64,000 nucleotides of DNA from assembly GCA_964234715.1 (NCBI GenBank), contig OZ174287.1. One strand, 5' to 3'. The stretch comes from Podarcis melisellensis. Taxonomy: Eukaryota. A model generated the notes under the pieces. The model was not told the DNA's origin. It did no database searches and saw nothing but the letters and a program-made list of their open reading frames with translations. Position numbers and translations under genes: made by a program. Shown piece after piece: positions 26,111 through 38,200 of the stretch (position 1 is its first letter; each line of letters begins with the position of its first letter).

Positions 26111-26536
26111 ATGGCAGACACCACCCTCCAGATCGTTGAGCAGCCAACAGTCTCTGAGGCCTCAGAGGAGCCAGCAGGTGAGACCGAAGAACCCATCAAA
26201 TCTGACCAGATCAATGGTGTTATGGTTCTTACCCTTCTGGACAAGATCATCGGAGCTGTTGATCAGATTCAGCTGACCCAGAGTCAGCTGGAGGAAAGGC
26301 AGCAGGAGATGGATGGGGTGGTTTCCAGCATCCAAGGGGAGCTCGCCAAGCTCACGAAGGCCCACTCCACCACCAGTAATACGGTCAACAAGATGTTGGA
26401 GAAGGTCCGGAAGGTCAGTGTCAACGTCAAAACTGTCCGGCAGAACCTGGAGAAGCAAGCTGGCCAAATCAAGAAGCTGGAATCTAATGAGGCAGAGCTG
26501 CTGAAGCGCAGGAACTTTAAAGTCATGATCTACCAG
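26111..26536 (+). CDS. CAVIN1: CAVIN1 (PTRF) exon 1, 142 aa: DR1 + HR1 coiled coil
   Basis: SDQINGVMVLTLLDKIIGAVDQIQLTQ...LLKRRNFKVMIYQ is the cavin1 HR1 signature; CAG|GTAAGG donor, phase 0. Confidence 0.97.
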
Positions 26537-28244
26537 GTAAGGCACCTTTTGATCTCTCCCGCTTGTGTCTTTTTCGGTTGGTGCATAAGACTGTCCAGCA
26601 TGATGGCGCCTCTTGCCTTCTATATGGGGCTTCCCAAAATTCCCATGCTACAGCACGCCATATATAGGAAATTCAGGACTTGTGTCATCACTGGAATCCT
26701 AAAGAGAACAAATGTATTGCCCAATTTTTTTTGCGAAGATTCCAGAGTTCGCCTTAAATGCTACACCAGTGCAAACTTTGCAGGAATTTGCCAAAGAGCC
26801 GTAGAGGGAGCTGGGGGGGGGGGGGAATAACCTGTTGTCTCGTGGCAGTAGAAAGCCATCCAGTGTCCTTAAAGCTACAAAGCCTGGAAATCCCTTTTTC
26901 GGTTTGTAAAATGTGCTTATTGGGGCAATCATTTGGGAAAGCAATCTGCACATTTTCACAGTTGTCTGTTAGAGAAGTAGCATTGCAGGGAGCACACTCC
27001 GACTCTGCAGGTTTGGTGCTAAGTCAGAGCTCTCTGTCCCTTGGGTCTGTGCTTTCTACTTTCCCTGCAAAACTAAATCTGATGCAGTGTGGGTTACAGA
27101 TTCTTTTGGCCCTGACCTTTCAGGCCCTGGAGCTTTTTCACCACTTCACTGAGAGGTTGCTTTGTTCTGCTGTTTGCAGTCCTCTTTCTAACACGTTTGC
27201 TGGCTAGCCTTACAGACCTCCTAATATCAAACAGTTCAAAATAGGCAGCTCTGAACCATGCTTCCTATTCTGTGGCGGTCTGGCCTGTGTTGGAGGAGAA
27301 GTGGGACATTATGAGATAGGTTGCCCTGTCCTGTAAGGACAAACACACACACACACACACACACGGCTTAGGACAGAAAACCTACAAAAATGTAGCTGCG
27401 TTTCTTACTATCGCAACATGAAAGGGGATCTAGTTATGTCTGGTTGAGGAATCTGGCAAGTAGCTGACAGATATAGCCCTCTGATTCACGGCTTGAGCAT
27501 TCTCAATTATATCATGCCTCAAAGGCGGGAATACTCCAGTATATAAGGGTTATGAACACCACCAAACCAGATTTATAAATACACTTTATCGGAAGCCTTG
27601 TAGGTTATGTTGAGGGAATTTCAGGCCCCACCAGTAGGAAAATTGTGCAGGAGTGAGGAGAGAGAAATGGAACATGCAGCAGCCAACGGAGGAGTGAATA
27701 GAAAGGAAAATCTGTCTGTGCTGTTTTACTTTTCAGGGCATTTTGCAAATATGAACACAGATACTATTTTGGTTGAGATATTTCCTCTCCCTTTTCACTG
27801 GAGTCTTAACAGTTATGAGGTGGTGGCAAAATGCTTTTGGGTTTTTGTGGAAACCAGATCAGCAACCTGATCTTGAATAGGTTCTTGAACAGTGGAGCCT
27901 GGGGTTCCAAGTTGTGAAGGTGCAGGGATAGTAAACTTTGGACTCCGTAAAGCACCTTCAAGGTCTGGTTCCCCTAGAATGAACTCAATAGGCAACATGG
28001 GTGTGGTTCTGTTAGATGTTGGGTTACTGTGGTGCAGTATAGTGGTTAAAGGAATGAGCCAGGAGCTAGTTCAAATTGCAGCTCATCCCTGGGGGAACTA
28101 GGTGACAATGCACAGGTAACAAACCTTCAGACCTGCCTCTGTCATATGGGAATAATAATATTAACTTGTAGTAGAGGATGGTTCTTAATAATTTCTCAGA
28201 GAGCCCTGTGTGCAATAGAGAACTCCCATCAAAAGTGCTACATA

Positions 28245-28247
<3 letters not shown>

Positions 28248-28294
<47 letters not shown>
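28248..28294. repeat. (TA)n microsatellite, continued at 28527-28543 on the far side of the Penelope-like insert
   Basis: Direct reading. Confidence 0.95.
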
Positions 28295-28297
<3 letters not shown>

Positions 28298-28526
28298 GGT
28301 TTTGGTGTCCTCGGGTGTCTTCCCGTGTAAAAGTTGGGGTGTCTAGGCGACGTTTCGACGAGGTCTCACTCGTCATCTTCAGGCTGGTGCTTTCGGCTTC
28401 TTGTTACTGAAGATGACGAGTGAGACCTTGTCGAAACGTCGCCTAGACACCCCAACTTTTACACGGGAAGACACCCGAGGACACCAAAACCTGCATTCCT
28501 GTACCCGTGAAAATCTACGAAAGCAA
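28293..28526. mobile_element. Penelope-like retroelement remnant: inverted pseudo-LTR pair (90-bp arms) plus about 30-bp tail
   Basis: Arms 28293-28382 and 28407-28496 are reverse complements (89/90); each has the CTGAAGA-stem-GAAACGTC motif typical of PLE pLTRs; inserted in (TA)n. Confidence 0.8.
28345..28388 (-). ncRNA. Minimal type-I hammerhead ribozyme motif (PLE-associated); second core on + strand at 28407-28440
   Basis: Minus strand reads ccagc-CUGAAGA-U-GACGAG-ugagac-CUCGUC-GAAA-C-GUC-gc: intact core, 6-bp stem II, loopless palindromic stem III, very short stem I. Confidence 0.6.
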
Positions 28527-31500
28527 ATATATATATATATATACACACACACACTAAGGCTGCAGCCCTATGTGTCCTTACCTGGAACTTGAAGTGAATT
28601 ACCTTAAACTCAGTGGCAGTTGTTTCTGTCTAAGCCTGCATAGAATTGGTTTAGCATTGGCATTATAATGTTATTTTCTCAGTGAATACCAGATATTGAT
28701 CAGATATACAGGAGGTAAATTCCTCAGGCCATACAGATAATGGGTTTTCCACCCAACTTGCCATTTTTCCTTTGGCCATTCAAGATATTCAAGGACATCC
28801 CAGTAAGCTGACATGTCTTGAATCACAAAAAAGATAAATAAAATGTAAGGGGTCCTACAAATGTTGGTCCATAAGAAAAATCCCAAAACCCACACTTACT
28901 GAAGTGATTATTCAGTGATCCTGGTATCACACTACTAGACCAAATGGTATCTTCATTTTTTTATGATGATCGTGTTATTTTCTCATTTCTACATCATGGT
29001 TGGAGACAACAGGGATTTTCTTGTTTTGGGGGACAATGGGAGGCATGATAAGGATAGAACCACTGGAAAGCCATAAGCCATGCAAATGGAAGCCATTAGT
29101 GCCTTTCCTTCTACCTCCATAAAGCAGCATTGCTTATATGCAGCTGCAATGCTGCCTACTATTTCTATTTGATATGTATTAGATTTTATATCTCACTTTT
29201 CCTACAATGGGTTCAGAGCAGCATGTTAACCTCGCAACAATCTTGTGATGTAAGAGAGGCTCGCAGTGGAAACCTGCTGGCATATTCTGATGTCTTATTG
29301 AGTTCCACAGGGCTTACTCTGAGGACAGCTTGTATAGGATTGCAGCCTGAGGGATGGTGACTTGCTGCAGCCACTCAGAGAGCTTCATGACTGAGCTAAG
29401 GACCTGAATTCAGGATTTCCATTTCCAGATATCACACTCTAGTCAGTGCCCCACCATGTTGGCTATCAGTAGGAGTAGCCACCTCATAGTTGCCCATTGT
29501 GGAGTGTTGGCATTTTCCAGGGGCTGAACCATTGGCTGAAATATTGTGAGTCTGGAGTTCATATACCAGCATTGCCCTTAAGAGTCACATGCATATAGTC
29601 TCATGTAAACATCCTTTGTTAATTTATCTTTGAAATGGGAATAATGATGGCCAACCCTGCAGGCCTATAGTAAATGAAGGAAATGTAGTGATGGCACAGG
29701 GTTGTGGTGGTGTGAAAATGAAATTAGACTCACGAAGGGCTTCTGTACACCATAAAGGGCTGCAGGAACAATGATTAAATGCTGCCCTTTGAAGCAAATA
29801 GAGAGCAAGCGCTTCCCTCACACGTAGCCCCATAACACAGTGATTAATCACAATGGACTGTAGGGGGCCTAGGAAAAGCTGGTGGTGTATATACCAGAAC
29901 CTTGCCCTGTTGCAACAACTTTTCAAACAATGGGAGAAAATAGATTTGCTTTCAAAGGGGGATTTTTTCTCACTGAGGTCAGCCTGTACTGTTGCTGTGG
30001 ATGCTTCTGGCACTGTTTGTTTTGTTTCAGAATTACTCTTGTCTTGCACGCTGAACAGAGCTTGCCATCTGGGACGAGAATTGGGTTGCGCTGCTAAAAT
30101 ACTAACATTCCCTGTCCTGCAGCTATAGGACTAACACTCTGAAAACTCTCTAGGCAGCAGAGTTTGCAGCCTTCAATCTATGCTTTTGATTCAAGCTTTC
30201 AGAGAATCCCATCTAGGATGACTGAGTGGGGTGGAGGTGGGGCACTATATGAATACTGGGGAGTGGGGTGGCAGAGCAAGTTTGGCGCCATGATCTGGGT
30301 GAATTATTGCTATCAACCACATCAGAGGCGGATGATTTCCTCAGAACTTATTAAAGCAGCTGCTTGCACGGGTGTGACTGTGAACACTGCAGGACGCACT
30401 TTCGTTGTTGCTTCATGCCCTCATCAGAATTAGCAGATCAACATGCTCCAAGTTCATGCGGCCTGAGTATGGCCTGGTGTTTGCTGAGGCTACTTGAGTA
30501 CAGGGAGTGAGGACTGGCAGGTAGGAGTGCCAAGGTCTGCCCTCTACTTCTACTGTGTCCTGTCACCATCACTTTGGTTGTCTCCAAGGCCCAGGCCACC
30601 TGACCTTGCCTACACAACTCACACTGCAGCTGACAATGATTCTGTTAAAAAAATAAAAGAGTCTGAAGCATGTTAGGCAATACCTAGAGCACAGTAGACA
30701 GTCCTGAGGAGCCATTCTTTAAAAACTTTTAAATAACTGCTGTCTGTATTTGGGCATTTTAATGCATTACACACTCAGGCCTGAGAGTCAAATGTTGGCT
30801 GTTTCTTCCAATTCTCCTTAGGCCACAGCCCTCACTGGCTGTGTTTTGCACCCCAAATATTTTTGCTTGGCTGTAACATGCCCTTCAACTCTGATAATGC
30901 CTCTTGCTAGCCTGGATGGAGGATAGAGAAGATTTGTGTGATGGGTGTGAAGAAACCAGCCTAGCGTATGAAGGTGAAATGTAAATTTGTTCTTCTGCCA
31001 CTTTTGTCTCTGATCCCACCCACCATTGCCATCCGGCCCTTGTTCAGAAGGGAATGTGGCCCTCATGCTGAAAGTGTTTCCCCCACCTTTGCAATTACAC
31101 AATAGCAAACCCTGGTTTATCACTGAACACAAGTTTGGCATTCATGAGTTTGGTACAATACGTCTGCAGAATCTTTACAATTTGAAGGGTGCACACTTAA
31201 AACATTGTAGATAATACTCCAAAATGCAATGTGTGAATTGCTCCTTTGTGAAAATAGAATCAGGGTGTGGCATTTGTTCTGGATTTATTCAATCTGGAAT
31301 GAGTAGGTGGTGTTATGAGTACCTCTTGTGCTGACTCCTTGGAAATGCTGCTTGTTTTCCTGCCTGGGTCATTTGGAATTCCAGATCATTCACAGTCATT
31401 GACTCCTGTCTTTGGTAGTGCTGTTTAGATGCCAACGAGATGGAATTATTTTTCCACATCTTTCCATTATTCCTTGCTTCTCCTCCCTCTACATTGTGAT

Positions 31501-33125
31501 GGTGGTAGTAGCATCCTTGGCTTACAGTAAAACAGAGGGGCTGACCCCTTCTCACTTTTAAAGGCAGTGGTGGGAGCTTAAGGCAAATAGGAGAAAGAGT
31601 TTGCCTTTCTAGATCTCTGTGTACATGTCCTATTTGTTCCGGCCACATGTAATCTGACAGTTGTACTTACAAACATTCCTATAATTTTGGAAAGAATGCT
31701 GAAGAAGCTTTTTTTTTTTTTTTGGTGTAAACACAAAAGTGTAGGTGGGTGAGGGAATGACTTTTTCTGCAAGGCGATTGCCATGAATCAAGAGGAAGAG
31801 AGAACGAGATGGGCTGCCAAAAACCCATCCTTGATCACCAGAAGCTGCACCCCAAGTCTCCCTTTGGCTGTGAACTACTGTCGGGCTGCCGGCACCTCTT
31901 CAAACTTTCCAGCAGAACCACAAGGCAGACAAAATTCTTGGAGATTTTCAGGGTTCCCTTATTTACGCTGTGTATTGAATTCATACACAAAACCTTGATG
32001 ACAGTCATTCTTTACTCCTGTATGCAAGCCCTTCATCTGTTCTAATATATTTACTTCCACACCAATTCCACAAGAGAAGAAGATGGTTCTTCATTTGTCC
32101 TATATGCAACAGGAGCAAAACTACAGAGAAAATCCATTATTTGCCCCAATCTGCATATGTCCCAATGTTGCAGTGTCAAAGGCTACCTCACCCCACCTAT
32201 TCTCTCCTCCTCACTTTGGAGTTTACTGTAACACAGCAGCCTCTTTTTCTCAGAAGAACAACTCTAACTCCTGGATGCTGCAATGTGCTTTTGACGAATG
32301 AGTTTTTGTCCTTCGGTCGTAAAAATCCATCCCAGTTAGAGCCGCAGAAGGCCCTATAAGGCCATGCCTGCGCCCTCTCCTGGGAGCCAGCTGTGGGATT
32401 GTTCTATCTATTTTCGGACTCACTCGTGGCCTCGAAGCTGCGGTTCCCCAGTGACACCCAGAGAATTCAGCTTCATGGTTCCCATCGGCACCATTTAAAC
32501 AGCAGTATCTCATGATAATCTTTGGCTGCTAGCAAAAAAGGTTACTTTTTCAAATTTCTAAATGAAGAAAAAGCTCTAGTGTTGTTTCTCTGCCCACGTA
32601 GAATGCAGAATCTGAAGGATTTATTATTAACATGTTGCTGCTCTTGCTGTTTATTTTAAAGCAACTGAGGCTGGAAACATGGCCTTGTTGGAATGCTGTT
32701 TGCATTGTCGAAACAGGTTGTGCGGTGCAGCAATAAATTGGCTCAGAACAAGGCAGCTTGATGGAAGGAAGCAACATTTCCCATTGGTATTTGAGATAAG
32801 ATAAAGTTGGGAAGAGGATAAAAGTGGGGCATGGTGCCATAGTGGTACCTAAGTTGTAACGACAGCTACAACAATAATAGTACTTGCGGGCCTACAGAAA
32901 TAAATGCAGTACACTTTTCAATTGGAAGTAATTACATCTCATTCCAGCCATGAACAAAGTTGTATCTTTTGCCAAACTTTAGACATCAAAAGGGTTTGCT
33001 ATCAATCTCAATGAAATATTTATGGAGCCATTTTATTTCTATCCTCTCAATCAGCATTGTTTATCGAGTTGCAAATTCAGCAGCCCTTCCTTGAGAACAG
33101 GGCAAGTCAAGAAAGCCTTTACATG

Positions 33126-33260
33126 AAGGATGGGGGCACTGTGGCCCTCCAAATGTTGTTTGACAACATCTCCCATAATCCCTGACAACTGTCCAGGGCG
33201 CCTGAGGCTGATGGGACCTGGAGTCTAGCAACATCTTGAGGGCTATAGGTTCCATAGCCA
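33126..33260. mobile_element. Degenerate hairpin MITE copy
   Basis: GGCCCTCCAAATGTTG...CAACATCTTGAGGGCT inverted arms. Confidence 0.55.
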
Positions 33261-35057
33261 TGTTTTACTGAACCAGTTTCCTTTGGAGTCCAGAGCACTG
33301 GGACCATACGGTAGCTTCGTACACTTTTTCTCTTTCAACAAATGTACAAGCTGAGTAGGCTTTGCATAGGCACAGGCAATTGGTGCTAATTCCAAAGCAA
33401 TAGAAGTCTAGCGCCCCTAAACCCTGGAGGAAAGAGCACAGCACAGTAATAGTGTATTTTGCATGTTCAGTGCCCAGCATATGCAAGCAGAGCTGGGAAA
33501 GATTCCTGTCTCCATCCCTGGAGAGTTGCTAAGGCAGTTCCCTGTGTCCCTGAAAACAGCTCTTTCACCAAATCAAAAAGTTATTTTACTTTGCCATGCC
33601 TTTTGCAACCACTGCCATGCAAAACTGATTTTGAGCCGCACCATAATTTTAGAGTTGGGTGTGACAAAGAGCAGCTGCACTATCCATTAAGCAGACATCT
33701 ATTGTTTGACATCAACTGACAGGTTATAACAAGAGAAAGAGGAGCAAGAGAGAGCACGCACATGCACACGCTCTTCACTGTGCTCTCTGGCTATAATACA
33801 GTTTGGGACAGTGAGAATTCATCACACTGAGGCTTTACTCATGGGTTTAGCTACATGATTTATGTGAGATGGAGAAACGAGAAAGCAAAATGCACCAAAA
33901 GTAGAGAAAAGAACAAGTGAAGAAAAGCCATTTGGGGAAGACATTTGTTACCAGAGGAAATGGGCAGTCCAAAAAGTACTTTTGCATAAAAGCAGACTGC
34001 CCTGAAAAGTTTTATTCTAGGTGCATTTATTACAAAAGGGAACCAAGCCTACCTGTGGTCCCTTGTCAGGCTCCTGGAGTAAATTCCAAACCTGACAATG
34101 CCTGCAAAACAGAACAAAGACCAGAGCAGGAGGCTTTTGTTGATTTTGTATCATGTCGGGGGAAGGAAAAGCAGATTAAACATTTAGAACAGAATGCCAC
34201 AGGATGTTTAGTCTGCACCTTGAGGCAGATATGGCCTAGGTTGGGGCGTGTGTGTCTCACTCCACCTTCTGCAGGCTGTCTGTGAGTTATGGATAGCTTC
34301 AGGGAGAAGGAGAAAGAAACTCCGGAATCAGTCAATTGACCTGTTTGCATTGAAAGATGGGATACACATTTGAAGCAGAAAGTGCATTAATTTTCAGAAG
34401 GAAATAAAAGTTATTTTTCGGTTGCAAGCTTTTAGGGTTGCAGCACAACCTCTTTCCTTTTTATCCCCAAGACCCTTCCTGCCCCTCCAAACAACCTTCA
34501 GTATCTGACAGATAAAAGCAGGCACAAATGTGGTCAGGTGAAATGAGAAAAAGACTAGCATTTACTTCAGTAATGAGGAAGAAAGGCACTTAATAGCGGA
34601 ACATAGGAAATTCTGAAAAATATCAAATCACAGGAAGGGAAGCCTCTTGTTTTTGCAGCCTGCAAAAATCAGGGTGGGGTTCTTAAGCACCCGACAGGCC
34701 ATAACTCATTGGTGGTGGGTTTGTGGTTACCTTGGGTGAATCACAAGTTCTTCAGACCTGGAATAGCAAGTCACCTGTGGCTAGTAAGAACGGTCCACAG
34801 CGAGACAAGAAAGGAAGCTTTCATTTCTTTGTAGGCTGAAAATGCCTATTAACATAGGTGTGTGAGAGCAGGGGCCTGTTACTTTTTGGGGGGATGAGGG
34901 AATTCTTTGCCCGGCTGCTATGGGCGCCTTTGCTTGCGCAACATCCCTGCTGCCGTGATATTGACTTGGCCTGCGCCTGGCGGCTGTGGCTGTGCTTACC
35001 AAGAAGCCTTTGGATCCCTCAATGGTGCCCACTGATCATTCCTTTTCCTCATCTTAG

Positions 35058-35288
35058 CCCAAGAGCATCCATGGACCGTCGCCGGAGAGCATGCCCTTTG
35101 GCCTTTCACCAGAGAGCATGCCCTTTTTGGAAGACAGTGAGCCTTCTGAGCCTTCGGAAGAGACTTTGCCTTCTGAGAATGGGCCCTGGCCCCAACCAGC
35201 GCAGGATGAGAAGGGAGGCAGCCACTCTGGCCCAATGGAGGCAAAGCCATCCACGGATCATACTGAGCCCCTTCTCCTGAGACTCTGA
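35058..35288 (+). CDS. Candidate alternative terminal exon of CAVIN1 (76 aa acidic/Pro/Ser-rich tail), unconfirmed
   Basis: Branch CTGAT (35032-35036), pyrimidine tract, TAG acceptor; phase 0 matches the exon 1 donor; open to TGA at 35286-35288. Confidence 0.3.
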   Translation, partial: PKSIHGPSPESMPFGLSPESMPFLEDSEPSEPSEETLPSENGPWPQPAQDEKGGSHSGPMEAKPSTDHTEPLLLRL

Positions 35289-38200
35289 AAGCAGCTGGCC
35301 TCAGTGATTCCCAGGGCCCTGCTCCTTCTGCTTGCAGAGAGGTCCTGGTTCATTTTAGCTTCTTGGTAGACCAGAGGGCGGGGCAGGAGGCTTCTGCTTT
35401 AACTGTTGTGTGCCTTTTTGCTGTGTTTGCCTCGCCGCCTCCGGAAGCGAAGGAGAAAAGGAGAGCAGGATACTCAGAGCTCTTGGGTGCTATGCACTGT
35501 TCAGTTTGTAATGCAGCTTACTGGAAGAAAGTGGGAGAGGAGGGCCACAAGCTCTACCCTTGGCCCCCACCAACTTTAGCCAAATCATGGCTTCCCATAG
35601 CCTTCTCTTAACAATTATAGGGCTCTCACAAAAGATCCCTCTGGTACACCCCCCCCATTTTTCTTACTATAAAGCAGTATAAATATGAAGTTATTATTAT
35701 TATTATTATTATTAATTAATTTTGAGCACTGTATGATAGTCTTGAACAAGGTACAGCTTCTCCTGTTGCTTTAGCTTATCTTTCCATGAAAGTGGGAGGG
35801 AGTCTGCAGCCATTTTGAAGCTCAGTGGGAGCGGATTTCGGGCATGAGGAATTCAGAGTAAGATCCAAAGGGCTGCTCATGGATACAATCAAGATTGCAT
35901 TGCTCCCTCTTTTTATGATGATTATTTTTATTGCTCATACTCACTGTAGAAATGATAATGATCAAAACAATGCAACTAAAGAACTAGGTTTCAATCAACA
36001 AAAGCCGGACACGCCCTCTTTCCTCAAATGAATATGTGCTTTTTCTTGCATGCATAGCCTATAGTTGGCTACAAATGTAGATGCTCCTGAGAAATAATTC
36101 TATGTGGTCTAAACCCCAGGGTGGAGAGTCCTGACTGGCACCATTCCTTTGAGGAATTGTTGTGCTTTACATCCCACTAAGCTGAACACAAGGATATATT
36201 ATATCTTCTTGTCCTCCAGAAACACCCTCTCAGGTCCTCTAGAGCTTCTTTTCTCCTTTTCCCCCTAACATGTTCCTGAACATCACCATCTGCTTAACTG
36301 CTTGGTTTGGCTACTGCAATCTTAGGGAACTGGCAGAAGATGAACTAACAGGCAGAAGCAGTCTGAGAATGGCCACAAGCTCTGGACACTCCAAGTAGAC
36401 ATTTCCCTGAGGTCAGTGCATGGGAAGGGGTCCGAGTGTTGGTGCCGCCTTGCTTCATGTGTGCTTTGAGCCTGGCAACAGGATCTACCTGCTGTATGTT
36501 AGCTGGCAAGTGATGTTTTCGAATCTGCCTCACTGTCGTGCAAATTAGTTAGCCCTGGCAAGGTGGCACATCTTGGCAGAGTCCTGCCCAAAGCAATGTG
36601 TGTCCCAAGGGGTAACGTAAATGGAAATCAGCTCCTCTAAGTTTTTGGACAGCGTCAAATTCAAAAGGTAGCAAAATTAAAACTGGACAAATCATGGGTC
36701 TTCTGAAAATCTAAAGTGCATTCTTCAGGGATTGTTTTGGGTCCTGAGTATGAAATAATAATGTATATTTGGCAGCCTTTGTACTTGAGCAAAAGGTTTG
36801 AATGAAAGTAATGCTCCTCTTTAACTCAGCTCCACAAAATAAATATTTCATGGGATTTTGAGATACATCTCTACAAGGTTTTTTTCTTGTTTCTAATCCA
36901 CGGATGGGTAATCCCACCCCAGATCTATTCTGGTTCCCTAAGAATACCATATTTGAAATACTGTGGGTTGGAGTTGGACTGCTAGTTCCTATTGAAATCA
37001 TTGGGACAGATTGAGCATTTCTTAATGTAAGGCCATTGATTTCAGTGAGAACTAAGCTAACATACTTTATCTGGAACGTGCTATGTGTGTATGTGTGTGT
37101 GCATCAGCCTTCCCTACCTTGGTGCCCACCATAAATTTTGGACTGCAAATCTGAGCCATCCAGCTGTCAAACTTTAAACTGTTGGCTCCTAAGAGCAGAG
37201 GCCTGTCTCCTATAGCTTAGGTTGCCTTGCACAATAACAGTGACTGGAACTATAATAGTAATCCAGCAGGAAGTTCTCCTGAGCAAGCTCTTGTGAAGTT
37301 CCCGAGCTTATGCAGGAGAATATTCTGCATGGTACCTTTTATCTTTGCTGTGCAGAAGTCAGCTACTATAAGGTTTTGCTTTTGTTTTTCTTTTTTTAAA
37401 AGAATGTTCTGTTCAAAGCTCAAAATAGGCCCAGCTTCTTGTCCGAAGAAAAGTTTAGGGGGCCCTAGATCTCTTGCAGCATTTTAACGAACTCCTATTA
37501 TTAAATCAGCTTTGTAAACAAACCCACAAAAAGTTACCAGTCTGTTTTTATTTTAAAAACCCCTTACTAGCCTGCAGGGGACTCACAGAGGAAGTTGAAA
37601 AGAGCTCTGCCCCTCCTGCAGCTGTCCACTGGATTTTTATGGGGTGTATGGAAAAGGAGGGCATCTCCCCTTTGCCAGCCTGCTTGGTTTCTGTGCTGAG
37701 CCCAGAGGAGGGAAAGGGTGTGCCATTCTGCCTGAGCCAGCCTACTCATTGTGCTTCATCAAATTCTATGCCTTTGTCTGCATGCAGCTCCTTGTCACTT
37801 ATCACTAGCAGCCAGCAAGTGTTTAAATACAAGGCTGTATTAAATGTAGGTGTGGCCTGCTGTTTTCACACTCAACGACTAGGAATCCTTGTGTTAGCAT
37901 TTGCGTTCCCTGAAAGCAGGGCCCAGACTGAGGCTGACCCCATACAGGTAAATGAGTGGGCTGTTATTCAAGGGTGTGATGCCACTGTGACTTTTGACAG
38001 ATGCATATCAAGCAGAAATTCACCCAGATAGGGCTCTTTTTAGCCTTGAGGTCTAGCAATGGGAAAAGGAGGATCCTGTTGAACCTCAAGCCTGCTGTGC
38101 AGCTGTTAAAGGCATATAGAGCCCATGTCAGGTGCAGCAAAGCTGGCAATTGTGTGCTGGATAGACATTCCACATTCCATTTGGCAAAAAGAATGAGCAA

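Noticed and set aside
26537-26830. C-terminal 97 aa of the 239-aa ORF 26111..26830
   Set aside because: Read-through into the intron past a strong CAG|GTAAGG donor; cavin similarity resumes at 49941
34975-35057. Frame LRLAAVAVLTKKPLDPS resembling the L2/CR1 RT motif (LKKPSLDP)
   Set aside because: No following NYRPxS motif or other RT similarity; kept only as an alternative explanation for the candidate exon region
37474-38031. 185-aa intronic ORF
   Set aside because: Non-ATG start, no domain, no splice support, composition typical of non-coding DNA
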